The notes under the pieces are model-generated. The model saw only the letters and a list, made by a program, of their open reading frames with translations. It was not told the origin of the DNA and searched no databases. The translations under genes and the position numbers were made by a program. Shown in pieces: positions 29,310 to 38,715 of a stretch of 64,000 nucleotides of DNA. How positions within the stretch are numbered: position 1 is the first letter of the stretch; every line of letters starts with the position of its first letter. This DNA comes from Nitrospirota bacterium (GTDB lineage Bacteria; JACPQY01), in assembly GCA_016180645.1 (NCBI GenBank), contig JACPAV010000005.1, positions 62,001 through 126,000 of the forward strand. The letters run 5' to 3'.

Positions 29310-29654
29310 CTACCATGTGAAACGAAACGTCATGGGGGGAACCTTGATTTGTTTCGCCAGAAAGGGAGTGCCGGCGAAGACGAGCAGGGCCTTGTCCGCG
29401 GAGCTGTAGCTTTCGAACGGCCCTGCTTCGGTCACATTCGGCATATGCCCGGCGCCGACATTCCCCAAATAGAATTGGCCTCCCCCCGGCAAGAGGGACC
29501 ACAGCACGGCCGGCGTCACGCGATTCCGACTTGCGTCCAGATCGTCCCACTCCACGTGCAAGCCGGGATCATCCTGCGCCTCCCCGTCATCCGCCCTCTG
29601 CGCCGGCGGTACGAATTGCAGCGTAGCCCACAAAACGATCCATGCAGCCCCCAT
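29310..29654 (-). CDS. Hypothetical protein with a TM2-like SLLPGGGQFYLG motif, possibly a remnant
   Basis: Strong SD (AGGAGG) before the ATG; signal-like N-terminus. Confidence 0.45.
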   Translation of the reverse strand: MGAAWIVLWATLQFVPPAQRADDGEAQDDPGLHVEWDDLDASRNRVTPAVLWSLLPGGGQFYLGNVGAGHMPNVTEAGPFESYSSADKALLVFAGTPFLAKQIKVPPMTFRFTW

Positions 29655-29701
29655 GCCTCCTTCCTACCGTGACCCCATCATCAGGTCAATCCCGGAATGA
29701 A

Positions 29702-29730
29702 TTGACGGTTGCGACCGGACGCAGTACGCT
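29702..29730 (+). promoter_or_regulatory. Sigma70-type promoter, near-leaderless
   Basis: TTGACG-17 nt-TACGCT, 8 nt before ATG 29739. Confidence 0.6.
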
Positions 29731-29738
29731 CGATTCAC

Positions 29739-30200
29739 ATGGTCGACAAAAGCCTCATCGGGATCGAGGGGACGCCCGTGGATTTTGAGGTCGAAAAAGG
29801 CGCCATCCGGCGGTTTGCAGAGGCCCTCGGAGACTTGAATCCAATCTACCTCGATGAGGCGGCGGCACGGAAGGCCGGATTCGCAAGCGTGGTGGCTCCC
29901 CCCACGTTTGCAACCACGATGAACGAGGCGGCCAAGCCACTCCGCGAAAAACTCCCCCTCGATTTCAGAAGAATCCTCCACGGAGGAATGGAGTTCGAAT
30001 ACTTCGCCCCGCTGACGGCCGGCATGACCGTCTCCTGCACTGCGCGCTTGGCCGACGTGTACGAGAAATCCGGCGGAAGCGGAAAAATGGAATTCTACGT
30101 GATCGAAATCATCGGCAAGGATTCCGCGACGGAGAAGCCGGTATTTGCCTCACGTTCCACCGTCATCATGAAGGAAGCCCCGAAAGACGAGGCTGCCTAG
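29739..30200 (+). CDS. MaoC-like dehydratase N-terminal (HadA-like) hot-dog protein
   Basis: VEKGAIRRFAEALGD.NPIY, APPTF and LHGGMEFEY. Confidence 0.88.
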   Translation: MVDKSLIGIEGTPVDFEVEKGAIRRFAEALGDLNPIYLDEAAARKAGFASVVAPPTFATTMNEAAKPLREKLPLDFRRILHGGMEFEYFAPLTAGMTVSCTARLADVYEKSGGSGKMEFYVIEIIGKDSATEKPVFASRSTVIMKEAPKDEAA

Positions 30201-30203
30201 CAC

Positions 30204-30587
30204 ATGCAAGCCGGTGACGTCATCCCCGCCGTCAAAAAGCCGCCGATCGAGCGGATCCAACTCGTTCGATACGCCGGCGCCTCGGGGGATTTCAATCCGA
30301 TCCACGTCGACGAGACCTTTGCCAAGGCCGCCGGCTATCCCTCAGTGTTCGCCCATGGGATGCTCACCATGGGGACGCTCGGCCAATTCCTCAACCAATG
30401 GCTGGGCGATCCGCGCCGCCTCCGCAAGTTCAGCGTACGTTTCTCCACCATCGTCTGGCCCGGAGACGTGATCACTTGTCAAGGCACCGTGCGGAAAGTC
30501 GACGGCGGAGTCGCCACCTGCGACTTCCAGGCGGTGAATCAGAAGGGCGAAGCGGTCGTCAAAGGCTCCGCGGAAGTCACGATCTGA
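30204..30587 (+). CDS. MaoC-family dehydratase (HadB-like)
   Basis: YAGASGDFNPIH..FAHGM. Confidence 0.92.
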   Translation: MQAGDVIPAVKKPPIERIQLVRYAGASGDFNPIHVDETFAKAAGYPSVFAHGMLTMGTLGQFLNQWLGDPRRLRKFSVRFSTIVWPGDVITCQGTVRKVDGGVATCDFQAVNQKGEAVVKGSAEVTI

Positions 30588-30611
30588 TGATCGAAGCTCT
30601 ACCGAAGCTAA

Positions 30612-30737
30612 GAGCGTCTAACAGAATGCGTAGGGGAGGGTCTTCAGACCCTCCCGACAAGAGGGTCTTCAGACCCTCCCGACAAGAGGGAGCATCTGAA
30701 GATGCTCCCCTACGAATCGGCATTCTGTCAGAGGCTC
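30612..30737. mobile_element. MITE-like element with 18-bp terminal inverted repeats enclosing family-B REPs
   Basis: GAGCGTCTAACAGAATGC ... GCATTCTGTCAGAGGCTC; a similar copy lies at 38592-38692. Confidence 0.65.
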
Positions 30738-30762
30738 CAGACCTCGGTAGCCGACTCCGGGG

Positions 30763-31554
30763 CTACTTCTGCCTTCTCAGAATGTACGGCTGGTGGATGA
30801 GGTCCTTCTTGTAATCCAGTGTCAGAGCGTAAAGCACCACGTTGATCCCCATCCGAAACCCCATCTCCCGCTGATAGTCACCTCCGGGAAAGCATGGGTA
30901 GATAAAGTTTCCCAAGTCGTCCCGCGCCCATGACCCCGCCAGATCGTTGAAACTGTAAAGGATCAGACTCCGCCCCTCGCCCTGCACGCCGTACAGGTTC
31001 GTTTTCACAAGTCGCCGCCCCCCTTCCACGCGCCTGAGCAGATGGAAGGCCACGTAGACCGCGTGATCCTCATCCATCAGTTCGAGCTTGCGCCCCGGAT
31101 AGAGCTGCTGCACGAGCCGGGTGAAGGAGGCATGGAAACCGTCGTTCTCCACACCGAAGCCGTCATCGACGAACAGAATCCCACCGGCGTCGAGATACTG
31201 GCGAAGCGCCCGCACTTCGGCGTCACCGAACGGAGGGAAACTCTGGTCCCCCATCATGAAGAGAAGGGGGTAGCGGAAGAGCGCCGGATCTCGAAGTGAG
31301 ATCTCCGCCCGTTCGAGCGAGGCGTCCACGCTGGTCCGGCTGACCAAAGCCGTCATGAGGCTCGTGAGCGCGGAGGGATAGGGATCCCAGTTCCCTCCCG
31401 GATAGATAAGCTGGGCCGCAATGAACTTGCCGGAGGGGCCGATGGCCGCCGCGGGCCGCGGCGTGAAGAGTGAACAGTGAAGAGTGATCAGCAGAGAGCT
31501 GAGGCGCAAGAGGCAACCTGCCTGCTGGCAGCGGGTTTTCACATCACGCATCAC
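30763..31554 (-). CDS. DUF4159-like protein
   Basis: LFRYPLLFMMG, LRQYLDAGGILFVDD, NDLAGSW and RMGINVVLYALT. Confidence 0.85.
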   Translation of the reverse strand: MMRDVKTRCQQAGCLLRLSSLLITLHCSLFTPRPAAAIGPSGKFIAAQLIYPGGNWDPYPSALTSLMTALVSRTSVDASLERAEISLRDPALFRYPLLFMMGDQSFPPFGDAEVRALRQYLDAGGILFVDDGFGVENDGFHASFTRLVQQLYPGRKLELMDEDHAVYVAFHLLRRVEGGRRLVKTNLYGVQGEGRSLILYSFNDLAGSWARDDLGNFIYPCFPGGDYQREMGFRMGINVVLYALTLDYKKDLIHQPYILRRQK

Positions 31555-31571
31555 TCATCACCCTTCACGTC

Positions 31572-33656
31572 TCATCCCCGCGGGTTCCCCAGGAACAGCT
31601 CTCCCGCGACGAGCAGGACGAGGAACGCGAGTGCCAGGTTCGTCGCATCCCATCGGTCCTCCAGCACCGAGACCACCGTCCCCTTGTGCGGGGCCGATTG
31701 AATCTGCACATTCCCCTTCACGATTCCGGCCATCTCATCCGGCGTGATCCGGGCCAGATCCGTCTCTGCCATCGCGGTGTTTGCCGCCACGGTCACTCTG
31801 AGGCCCCCCGGTTCATCGGGATCCTCAATCGTGTATAGGCCGGGGGGGCCGGGAGTCATGAATTCGATTTCCTCCTGCCCTTGTGAGGCCGAGACCTGAA
31901 GCGTCCATTCGCGACCGTCGGGCGCGCCGGCGCGAAGGGACCGCGTGGGCGATCCGGGCCAGTTCAGCCGCACCGATTTTCCTGCCTCCGCAATCATCGT
32001 GCCGGCCGACTCGGCCCGCGCAGCCACGAAGGAGCAGGCTTGTTGAACAATAGGCACGAATACGGGGTGGACGGGAAAGTCGTTCCAATCCCGGTCTGCC
32101 GTGGAAGTGAAGAACACCACCCGCCCCGCTCCAGCCCGGCCCACCACAACATACGGATCACCGTTTTCAAGGCTCGCCACCACCGTTCCCGCGCCGGGCG
32201 CAAGCCTGAATCGGGTGTACTGTCGAACACGAATGGTATCCGGGTCCCCCTGCGCCCCGCCCGCGAACGGCTGCATGATCGGGTGATCCCACTCCACAGA
32301 ACCGATCCGCAAGTCATCGCGGCCGGGAACCGGGTCCACCGAGCGCACGTCCGCCACGTGCCCCGGGAGGATATCCCCCATGAGCTCGTTGTAGTCCTTT
32401 TCGATCACGTTTTTTCCGGAGAAGATAATCAACCCCGCGCCCTTCTTCACGCTTCGCACCAATCCGTGGACCCATTCCGAGGGCAAATCCGAGGCCTTCA
32501 CGTTGACGAGCAGGGTGACATCCGGATCCGTGGAGGGGGCGTCCCGAAGGAGGCCCGGACGGAGAACCAGCGCCTCCATCGGTTCCACTCCGGAGGGAAA
32601 CTTCAAGAAGGCTTTCGACAGGTAAAACGTTTCATTTTCCAGAGGGACACTCCCGAATTCGCCTTCGATGACCGTCACGCGCAGCGGCCGGCTCACAGGA
32701 AAAACAAAGTACCGTGCGTCATCCGCGGGAAATGCGTCGGCTTCCAGTCGGGCTTCACCGGTCAGAAACCGGGCGCCCGCCGCGGGCGCCACCGGAACCG
32801 GCACCGTTATCATGCCCCCTCCGGCCGCCTCCAATCGTACTCGTCGCGCATCTCCCGACGATTCCTTCAAGGTCACTTCGTGCTCGTTCCCATCGGCCGC
32901 CACCTCCGCGGTCACAGCCAGCTCCCACTCCCCCGGACCCGATCGGGCCTGACGCGCCACTCCCCTCACCCCGCTGTTGGCCACCTCCCTGCCGACGCTC
33001 AGATCCCTCACCTCCACTCGAATGCCCGGCGGAAGTTCGATGGGCCGGGGTCGCTCCGCATCCCACGACGAGCGGCGCAAATCCGACAACACGACAATCG
33101 TTCCCCCTTCCGGAAGCGCGGCCATGGCCCTCTGAATGCCCTCGACGGCATTCACCGCGCCGTAGAAGGGCCGCAACCGGTCCACAAATCGTTCCAGTTC
33201 CATCCCGTCCACGGTACGAACGCCCAGCCCCCCTCCCGCGTCGCCCAGCACCCCCACGTACGCCACTTTCGACCCTGATCGCACCAGGCTCTTCACCCAT
33301 TTCCGCGCGCTGTCGAGGAGTGAAGCCCGATTGATTTCCATGAGCATGCTCGCCGAATTGTCGATGATGACCGCTACCGGCCGGTCGGTCGGATTCGCCC
33401 CCCCCCCGGCACTCGCCCGCTTCAGGTAAGGACCCGCGAGCGTGCCCACCAAGCCCGCGATCACAAGGCAACGTACGGCCAACAGGAGCGCCTCTTTCAG
33501 GCGCTGGATGCGTGCCGTGCTCTTCTGGAGCCGGAGGACAAGGGCAATCGGTGGGAAGGGCTGTCGCCGGGCACGGAGGCGCGTCAGCAGGTGAATGATC
33601 GGCGGCACCGCCATCAATCCCAGAAAGGGGAGGAGGCCCGGTTGGAGAAGATCCAT
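31572..33656 (-). CDS. BatA N-terminal/VWA domain membrane protein with a glutamine-amidotransferase-like domain
   Basis: PPIIHLL, LLLAVR, IIDNSASM and WNDFPVHPVFVP. Confidence 0.85.
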   Translation of the reverse strand: MDLLQPGLLPFLGLMAVPPIIHLLTRLRARRQPFPPIALVLRLQKSTARIQRLKEALLLAVRCLVIAGLVGTLAGPYLKRASAGGGANPTDRPVAVIIDNSASMLMEINRASLLDSARKWVKSLVRSGSKVAYVGVLGDAGGGLGVRTVDGMELERFVDRLRPFYGAVNAVEGIQRAMAALPEGGTIVVLSDLRRSSWDAERPRPIELPPGIRVEVRDLSVGREVANSGVRGVARQARSGPGEWELAVTAEVAADGNEHEVTLKESSGDARRVRLEAAGGGMITVPVPVAPAAGARFLTGEARLEADAFPADDARYFVFPVSRPLRVTVIEGEFGSVPLENETFYLSKAFLKFPSGVEPMEALVLRPGLLRDAPSTDPDVTLLVNVKASDLPSEWVHGLVRSVKKGAGLIIFSGKNVIEKDYNELMGDILPGHVADVRSVDPVPGRDDLRIGSVEWDHPIMQPFAGGAQGDPDTIRVRQYTRFRLAPGAGTVVASLENGDPYVVVGRAGAGRVVFFTSTADRDWNDFPVHPVFVPIVQQACSFVAARAESAGTMIAEAGKSVRLNWPGSPTRSLRAGAPDGREWTLQVSASQGQEEIEFMTPGPPGLYTIEDPDEPGGLRVTVAANTAMAETDLARITPDEMAGIVKGNVQIQSAPHKGTVVSVLEDRWDATNLALAFLVLLVAGELFLGNPRG

Positions 33657-33668
33657 CGCGACGGGGTG

Positions 33669-34577
33669 CTAAACCGCGGCGGCCGCCGGCCGCCGTGCCC
33701 GCTGCTCGAGGAATCCCAGAAGAAAGCTCTCCACCCGGTCCGAGGTCCGCAGCCGCGTGTACTCCACACCATTGGAGTAACAGATCTTCCGGAGATGCTC
33801 GCAGAACTCCAGAAACGCCGCCTGATACTGCCGCCGGATGGCCTGGGGGTAGCTGAGCACCCTCAAGGGTCCCTCCAAGCCGACGAATTCCGTCCGTTCG
33901 TGGAAAGGGAAGGATTCCTCGCTCGGGTCCAGCACGTGAAACAGGACCACATCTCCCCTGACCTGCCGAACCAGGGCCACGGCCTTTTCAAGATCCGCCG
34001 GCTCCATGTCCAGAAAATCCGAAATGAGAATCATCAGACTGTGCCGTCGCGCAACAGGCAGGAGGTCATTCAGAGTCTCAATCAAAGTCGTTTTGCCCTC
34101 AGGCATGGCCTCATCCAGCAGCGTGTACAGTATCTTGAGGTGCCCCGACCGCGCCTTGGGCGGCACAAACGACTTCCCCTCCGAATTGAACACGTGCACG
34201 CCCACGGCATCCCCCTGGCTGAGCAGGAGAAACGCCAGCGATGACGCGAGCGTGGCGGCGTGCTGGAACTTCGTTCGGCCCGTGGTGCCATAGTCCATCG
34301 AGCCGCTGGCATCCACAAGAAGGTACGCTTGGAGATTGGTCTCCTTTTCAAAACGCTTCACATAGTACTTGTCCGTCCTGCCGAAAATCTTCCAATCGAG
34401 ATATTTCAGATCATCCCCCGGCGTGTATTCCTTGTGCTCCCGGAACTCGACAGAGGCGCCGAAATGCGGACTCTGGTGCACGCCCGCCAGGGTGCCGATG
34501 ACCCTCGTGCGGCTGCGCAAAACGACCGCGCGCAATCTTTCCAACTTCGCCGGCTCGATCAGGACGTTCGGCATCAA
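33669..34577 (-). CDS. DUF58 protein
   Basis: G.HQSPHFGASVEF.EH..Y.PGDD...LDWK and DASGSM. Confidence 0.92.
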   Translation of the reverse strand: MMPNVLIEPAKLERLRAVVLRSRTRVIGTLAGVHQSPHFGASVEFREHKEYTPGDDLKYLDWKIFGRTDKYYVKRFEKETNLQAYLLVDASGSMDYGTTGRTKFQHAATLASSLAFLLLSQGDAVGVHVFNSEGKSFVPPKARSGHLKILYTLLDEAMPEGKTTLIETLNDLLPVARRHSLMILISDFLDMEPADLEKAVALVRQVRGDVVLFHVLDPSEESFPFHERTEFVGLEGPLRVLSYPQAIRRQYQAAFLEFCEHLRKICYSNGVEYTRLRTSDRVESFLLGFLEQRARRPAAAAV

Positions 34578-34596
34578 TGGTCCCCCATGCTCTTGG

Positions 34597-34707
34597 GACG
34601 CAGGCTGGTAGGCGCGGGCTTCAGCCCGCGTCTTGGACGCAGGCTAAAGCCTGCGGCTACCGGGAGAGGAAGGGATCTCCTGGTAGGCGCACCCTTTAGG
34701 GTGCGTC
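34597..34707. repeat. REP family A cluster
   Basis: gtaggcgcgggcttcagcccgcg / cgcaggctaaagcctgcggctac / gtaggcgcaccctttagggtgcg. Confidence 0.88.
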
Positions 34708-34730
34708 CTTTGCCCAATCGATTCATGCCC

Positions 34731-36188
34731 TTACCCCCAGAAGTAGAAGGCCGTCATGACGAGCGGCGCGTAGACGAAGAAATAGATCAGGCAGTAGCCC
34801 ATGATCTCGCGGAACTCGATCCGCGAAAAGCCGAGGAGCGGGATTGCCCAGAACGGCTGGATGATGTCCGTCAGCGTGTCCCCCCAGGCATAGGCCAGAA
34901 CGGTCCTGGGATACTCCACCCCAAGCTTGTGGGCCGCATCCATGATGTACGGCGCCTCGATGGCGAATTTGGCGCCTCCGGACGGTACTATATAATTTAG
35001 TACTCCGGAGTAGACCAAGGTGAAGAACGGAAACCGCTCGGGCGAGGAGAATGCCGTGAACGCGTGGGCCAACACCTCCTGCAAGCCGGACGCCTTGATC
35101 ACGCCGAAGATGCCTGAATAGAGCGGGAACTGGATCAGCACCCCCCAGATGGCTTTCGATCCCTCTTCCGCTTCCGCCAGGAAGCTCCGCGTATCGCGGT
35201 GCAGGGCGAGGGACACGGTGAGAAGCGCCATGATCACCGTGTTGAGGTCGATGGCATTCAGTCCCCTCGCATGGAAGAGGACTCCCAGATAGACGACGCC
35301 GAGCGCGGCCAACGTGCGAATGACGAGGCCCGAACGATCCAGCCTCTCCGCCGGCGTGCGGGGAGCCGTTTCAGATTTGAGATGTGAGATTTGAGATCCG
35401 TCGGGGACGACGCCATCGGCGGGGGCGGCGCCAGGAGGGTTTGGCCGTCCCGCGACCGGCTGGATGCCAGCCATGGATGGTGCGGTACCCCGCCCTACGG
35501 GCCGACCAGGATGGGAGGCCGCTGAAGGCGAGGTGCCACCAAGCGGGGCGGGCACGGGTGATTTCGGATGGACCAGAACACCCACGATGGGAAGGACACC
35601 CACGACGGCCACAGCCAGAAGAATGTTGAACGGGCTCAGCGTCGTTTGCGTAATGGGAATCACTCCGATTTGTTTGACGAGAAAGTGGTCCGCCGTGGCT
35701 ACAAGAAGCGGCGCCGAGCCCGACAAGCCGGCGTGCCACACCGCCCCCAAACCCAGGTACGCCGAGGCCACCATCAGGCGGTAGTCCGTGTCTTTCCTGT
35801 GCTTGGATACCTCGCGCACCAGCAGGGCGCTGCCGATCAAACTGAGACCCCAGTTGGCCAGCGCCAGCAGCATGGAGGTCAGGCTGATCAAGAGAATGGC
35901 CGATTTCGGGCCTCGCGGCATCGCGGCGAGTGTTTTTAGAGCCCGATTGAAGAGAGGCGTGGACGCCAGGAGATGCCCGCTGATCATGATGAGGCACATT
36001 TGGGTGGAGAACGAGAGGAGCGCCCACAGGCCATCTCCCCACCCTCGAACAAGATCGAGCCACGGTGTTGGCGTTAGACCCTTCGCCAGGCCAAAGACCA
36101 CGAGCGTCAAGGCGAACACAATGACAAAAGAATCCGGCACCCAGCGGGTGCTCCAGCGGGTCAGCGCATCAGCGAGCTTGGGAAGCAT
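34731..36188 (-). CDS. atoE: Short-chain fatty acid transporter with a repeat-derived loop insertion
   Basis: RWVPDSFV, DYRLMVASAY, GLSGSAPL, QFPLYSGI, PSGG and QPFWAIP. Confidence 0.9.
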   Translation of the reverse strand: MLPKLADALTRWSTRWVPDSFVIVFALTLVVFGLAKGLTPTPWLDLVRGWGDGLWALLSFSTQMCLIMISGHLLASTPLFNRALKTLAAMPRGPKSAILLISLTSMLLALANWGLSLIGSALLVREVSKHRKDTDYRLMVASAYLGLGAVWHAGLSGSAPLLVATADHFLVKQIGVIPITQTTLSPFNILLAVAVVGVLPIVGVLVHPKSPVPAPLGGTSPSAASHPGRPVGRGTAPSMAGIQPVAGRPNPPGAAPADGVVPDGSQISHLKSETAPRTPAERLDRSGLVIRTLAALGVVYLGVLFHARGLNAIDLNTVIMALLTVSLALHRDTRSFLAEAEEGSKAIWGVLIQFPLYSGIFGVIKASGLQEVLAHAFTAFSSPERFPFFTLVYSGVLNYIVPSGGAKFAIEAPYIMDAAHKLGVEYPRTVLAYAWGDTLTDIIQPFWAIPLLGFSRIEFREIMGYCLIYFFVYAPLVMTAFYFWG

Positions 36189-36240
36189 CGTGGCGCGATT
36201 CTAGCCTCAACCCCCGCCGTTTTCCACGCACGGGCCCCGC

Positions 36241-36268
36241 TTGACCTCGGGAGGGCGGACGATACAAT
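36241..36268 (+). promoter_or_regulatory. Sigma70-type promoter, leaderless
   Basis: TTGACC-16 nt-TACAAT, 6 nt before GTG 36275. Confidence 0.65.
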
Positions 36269-36274
36269 GGATTC

Positions 36275-37414
36275 GTGGATTGGAACCTATCGCCGGAGCA
36301 ACAAGCGCTCGTCGAAACCGCCCGCCGTTTCTCCCGACAGGAGATCGCCCCCAAGGCCGCCGCGTTCGACCGCAACTCCGAGTTCCCGCGGGATCTGATC
36401 AAGAAGGCTTGGGAACTGGGTCTCATGAATGAACTGATCCCCCAAGAGTGCGGCGGCACCGGATTCGGCATGTTCGACTCCTGCCTCATCACCGAGGAGC
36501 TGAGTTGGGGATGTTCCGGCGTCACGACCTCTATCATGGTCAACAACCTCGGCCTCCTGCCCATCATGGTGGCGGGCACACCCGAGCAGAAGAAGAAGTG
36601 GCTCGAACCCTTCACCCGCGAATTCCGCATCTCCGCTTTTTGCCTGACCGAGCCCAACTCCGGCTCCGACGTCGGCGGCATGCAGCTGCAAGTGCGGCGC
36701 TCGAACGGCGACTACGTTTTGAACGGCACCAAGCGTTTCATCACCAACGGCGGCGTGGCGGATCTGTACACCACCTTCGGCACGCTGGACAAAAGCCAAC
36801 ATCACCGCGGCATCGCCGCCTTCGTGGTGGACGCACACTCCCCCGGCATTCGCGTTGGGAAGAAAGAAGACAAAATGGGCCAGCGGGCCTCGAACACCAC
36901 CGAGGTGATCTTTGAGGATTGCGTGGTGCCCGCCTCCCAGCGGCTCGGGGCCGAGGGCGAAGGATTCAAGGTGGCCATGCGGACCTTGGACCGCAGCCGG
37001 CCCTGCATCGCCGCGCTCGCCGTCGGTCTCGCCCAACGCGCACTGGATGAATCCCTGGCTTACGCCAAGGAACGCAAACAATTCAACACCGCTATCGCCG
37101 AGTTTCAGGGCATCCAATTCATGCTTGCGGACATGGCGAAGGACCTCCATGCCGGGCGACTCCTCACCTGGCAGGCGGCCATGCTCATCGATCAGGGGCA
37201 GGACGCGGCCCTGTACTCCGCCTACGCCAAGTGCTTCGCCACCGACATGGCGATGAAGACCACCACGGACGCCGTCCAGATTTTCGGCGGCTACGGTTAC
37301 ATGAAGGACTACCCCGTGGAGAAGCTCATGCGGGATGCCAAGCTCATGCAAATTTACGAGGGAACCAACCAAGTCCAGCGGATGGTCATCGCGAGGCAGC
37401 TCCTCCGACAATAG
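36275..37414 (+). CDS. Acyl-CoA dehydrogenase
   Basis: LTEPNSGSD, NGTKRFITNG and RDAKLMQIYEGTNQ. Confidence 0.96.
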   Translation: MDWNLSPEQQALVETARRFSRQEIAPKAAAFDRNSEFPRDLIKKAWELGLMNELIPQECGGTGFGMFDSCLITEELSWGCSGVTTSIMVNNLGLLPIMVAGTPEQKKKWLEPFTREFRISAFCLTEPNSGSDVGGMQLQVRRSNGDYVLNGTKRFITNGGVADLYTTFGTLDKSQHHRGIAAFVVDAHSPGIRVGKKEDKMGQRASNTTEVIFEDCVVPASQRLGAEGEGFKVAMRTLDRSRPCIAALAVGLAQRALDESLAYAKERKQFNTAIAEFQGIQFMLADMAKDLHAGRLLTWQAAMLIDQGQDAALYSAYAKCFATDMAMKTTTDAVQIFGGYGYMKDYPVEKLMRDAKLMQIYEGTNQVQRMVIARQLLRQ

Positions 37415-37421
37415 AGCGCCG

Positions 37422-38564
37422 ATGGCCAATCGAAGGCTCGACGCGTACTATCAGAAAGACGACTTCACCGACTTCATCGAGCGCATCCCCCTCTACTCTC
37501 CGGCCGAGATGTTCGATCTCCTCGGTAAGAAAGGGTACAAAGGGCAGGACGGCGCGCGCAAGACCGTTACTCTCTTCGCCTATCGCCACATCCGCCGGAT
37601 CAAGCAACTCTACATCGAAGGCCTGAAGCGCAACCAGCTCCCACCCAAGTCCAACACGCTCCTCGTTGGGCCGACGGGATGCGGAAAAACCTATCTCATT
37701 GAACTTCTTTTTCGGGAGATCCTGAAAATCCCCACCGTGATTATCGACATCACGGGATTCTCGGAGACCGGTTACGTCGGCCGCGACCCGATCACGGTGC
37801 TCACCTCGCTCATCTACTCTTCCGGCGGCGATCAGAAAAAGGCGGCCATCGGGATTGTTGCCCTCGATGAATTCGACAAGCTCGCCACGACGCAAAATTC
37901 CGCCATGTTCGACGGACAGGGGACGACGAAGGATGTTGCCGGCTACGGCGTCCAGAAGGAACTCCTGAAACTGCTCAGCCCCACGATCGTGGACGTGCCG
38001 CTCGAATACAACAATACGACCTACAGCCCACACATCCGGATGTCCACCCAGGACATCGCGTTTATCGCGTGCGGGGCATTCTCGGGACTCAAGGGCATCG
38101 CATCGCGAAACGGGCTCCGCTCCAAAATGGGATTCGGCGGTCTACCGGAGAAGAAGGACGGATCGAGAAAGATCTCCTACCGGATGAATGAGAGCGAGGT
38201 CAACGAGATCCAGAATTTTCTGAACTACGGGTTCCTGCCGGAGCTCGTGGCCCGATTTTCACGGATCGTCACTCTTGACCCCTTGGAGGAAGAGGTCCTT
38301 CGCGAGATTCTTTGCGACAACGTGATCCGGCGTTTCGCCACGGAGTTCAAGGCGGAGGGAATTTCACTTCGGGTGCAGGAAGACGTCCTCGATCTGATTG
38401 TCGAGCGCGCCGTCAAGCGTGAAACAGGCGCCCGCGGACTGGAGGCGGAGTTCACGCGCATCATCGAGGATGTAGCGTTCGAACACTTCGGAAACTCCCA
38501 CGGGGAAGTGGTGGTGCAAACGAAGGGCGGTGAAGTCGTGGCGAATCTGAAGCCATCCGCCTAA
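37422..38564 (+). CDS. ClpX-like AAA+ ATPase lacking the zinc-finger domain
   Basis: KSNTLLVGPTGCGKT, SETGYVG, LDEFDK, GVQKELLK, MGF loop, GFLPELVAR and TGARGL. Confidence 0.85.
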   Translation: MANRRLDAYYQKDDFTDFIERIPLYSPAEMFDLLGKKGYKGQDGARKTVTLFAYRHIRRIKQLYIEGLKRNQLPPKSNTLLVGPTGCGKTYLIELLFREILKIPTVIIDITGFSETGYVGRDPITVLTSLIYSSGGDQKKAAIGIVALDEFDKLATTQNSAMFDGQGTTKDVAGYGVQKELLKLLSPTIVDVPLEYNNTTYSPHIRMSTQDIAFIACGAFSGLKGIASRNGLRSKMGFGGLPEKKDGSRKISYRMNESEVNEIQNFLNYGFLPELVARFSRIVTLDPLEEEVLREILCDNVIRRFATEFKAEGISLRVQEDVLDLIVERAVKRETGARGLEAEFTRIIEDVAFEHFGNSHGEVVVQTKGGEVVANLKPSA

Positions 38565-38591
38565 TTCGGTAGCAGTAGAGTTTATTAGTTG

Positions 38592-38692
38592 GTGCGTCTG
38601 ACAGAATGCGTAGGGGAGGGTCTTCAGACCCTCCCGACAAGAGGGAGCATCTGAAGATGCTCCCCTACGGATCAGCATTCTGTTAGAGGCTC
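38592..38692. mobile_element. MITE-like element, second copy, enclosing a family-B REP doublet
   Basis: GTGCGTCTGACAGAATGC ... GCATTCTGTTAGAGGCTC. Confidence 0.65.
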
Positions 38693-38715
38693 TTGATCCG
38701 GGATACGGTCACCGA

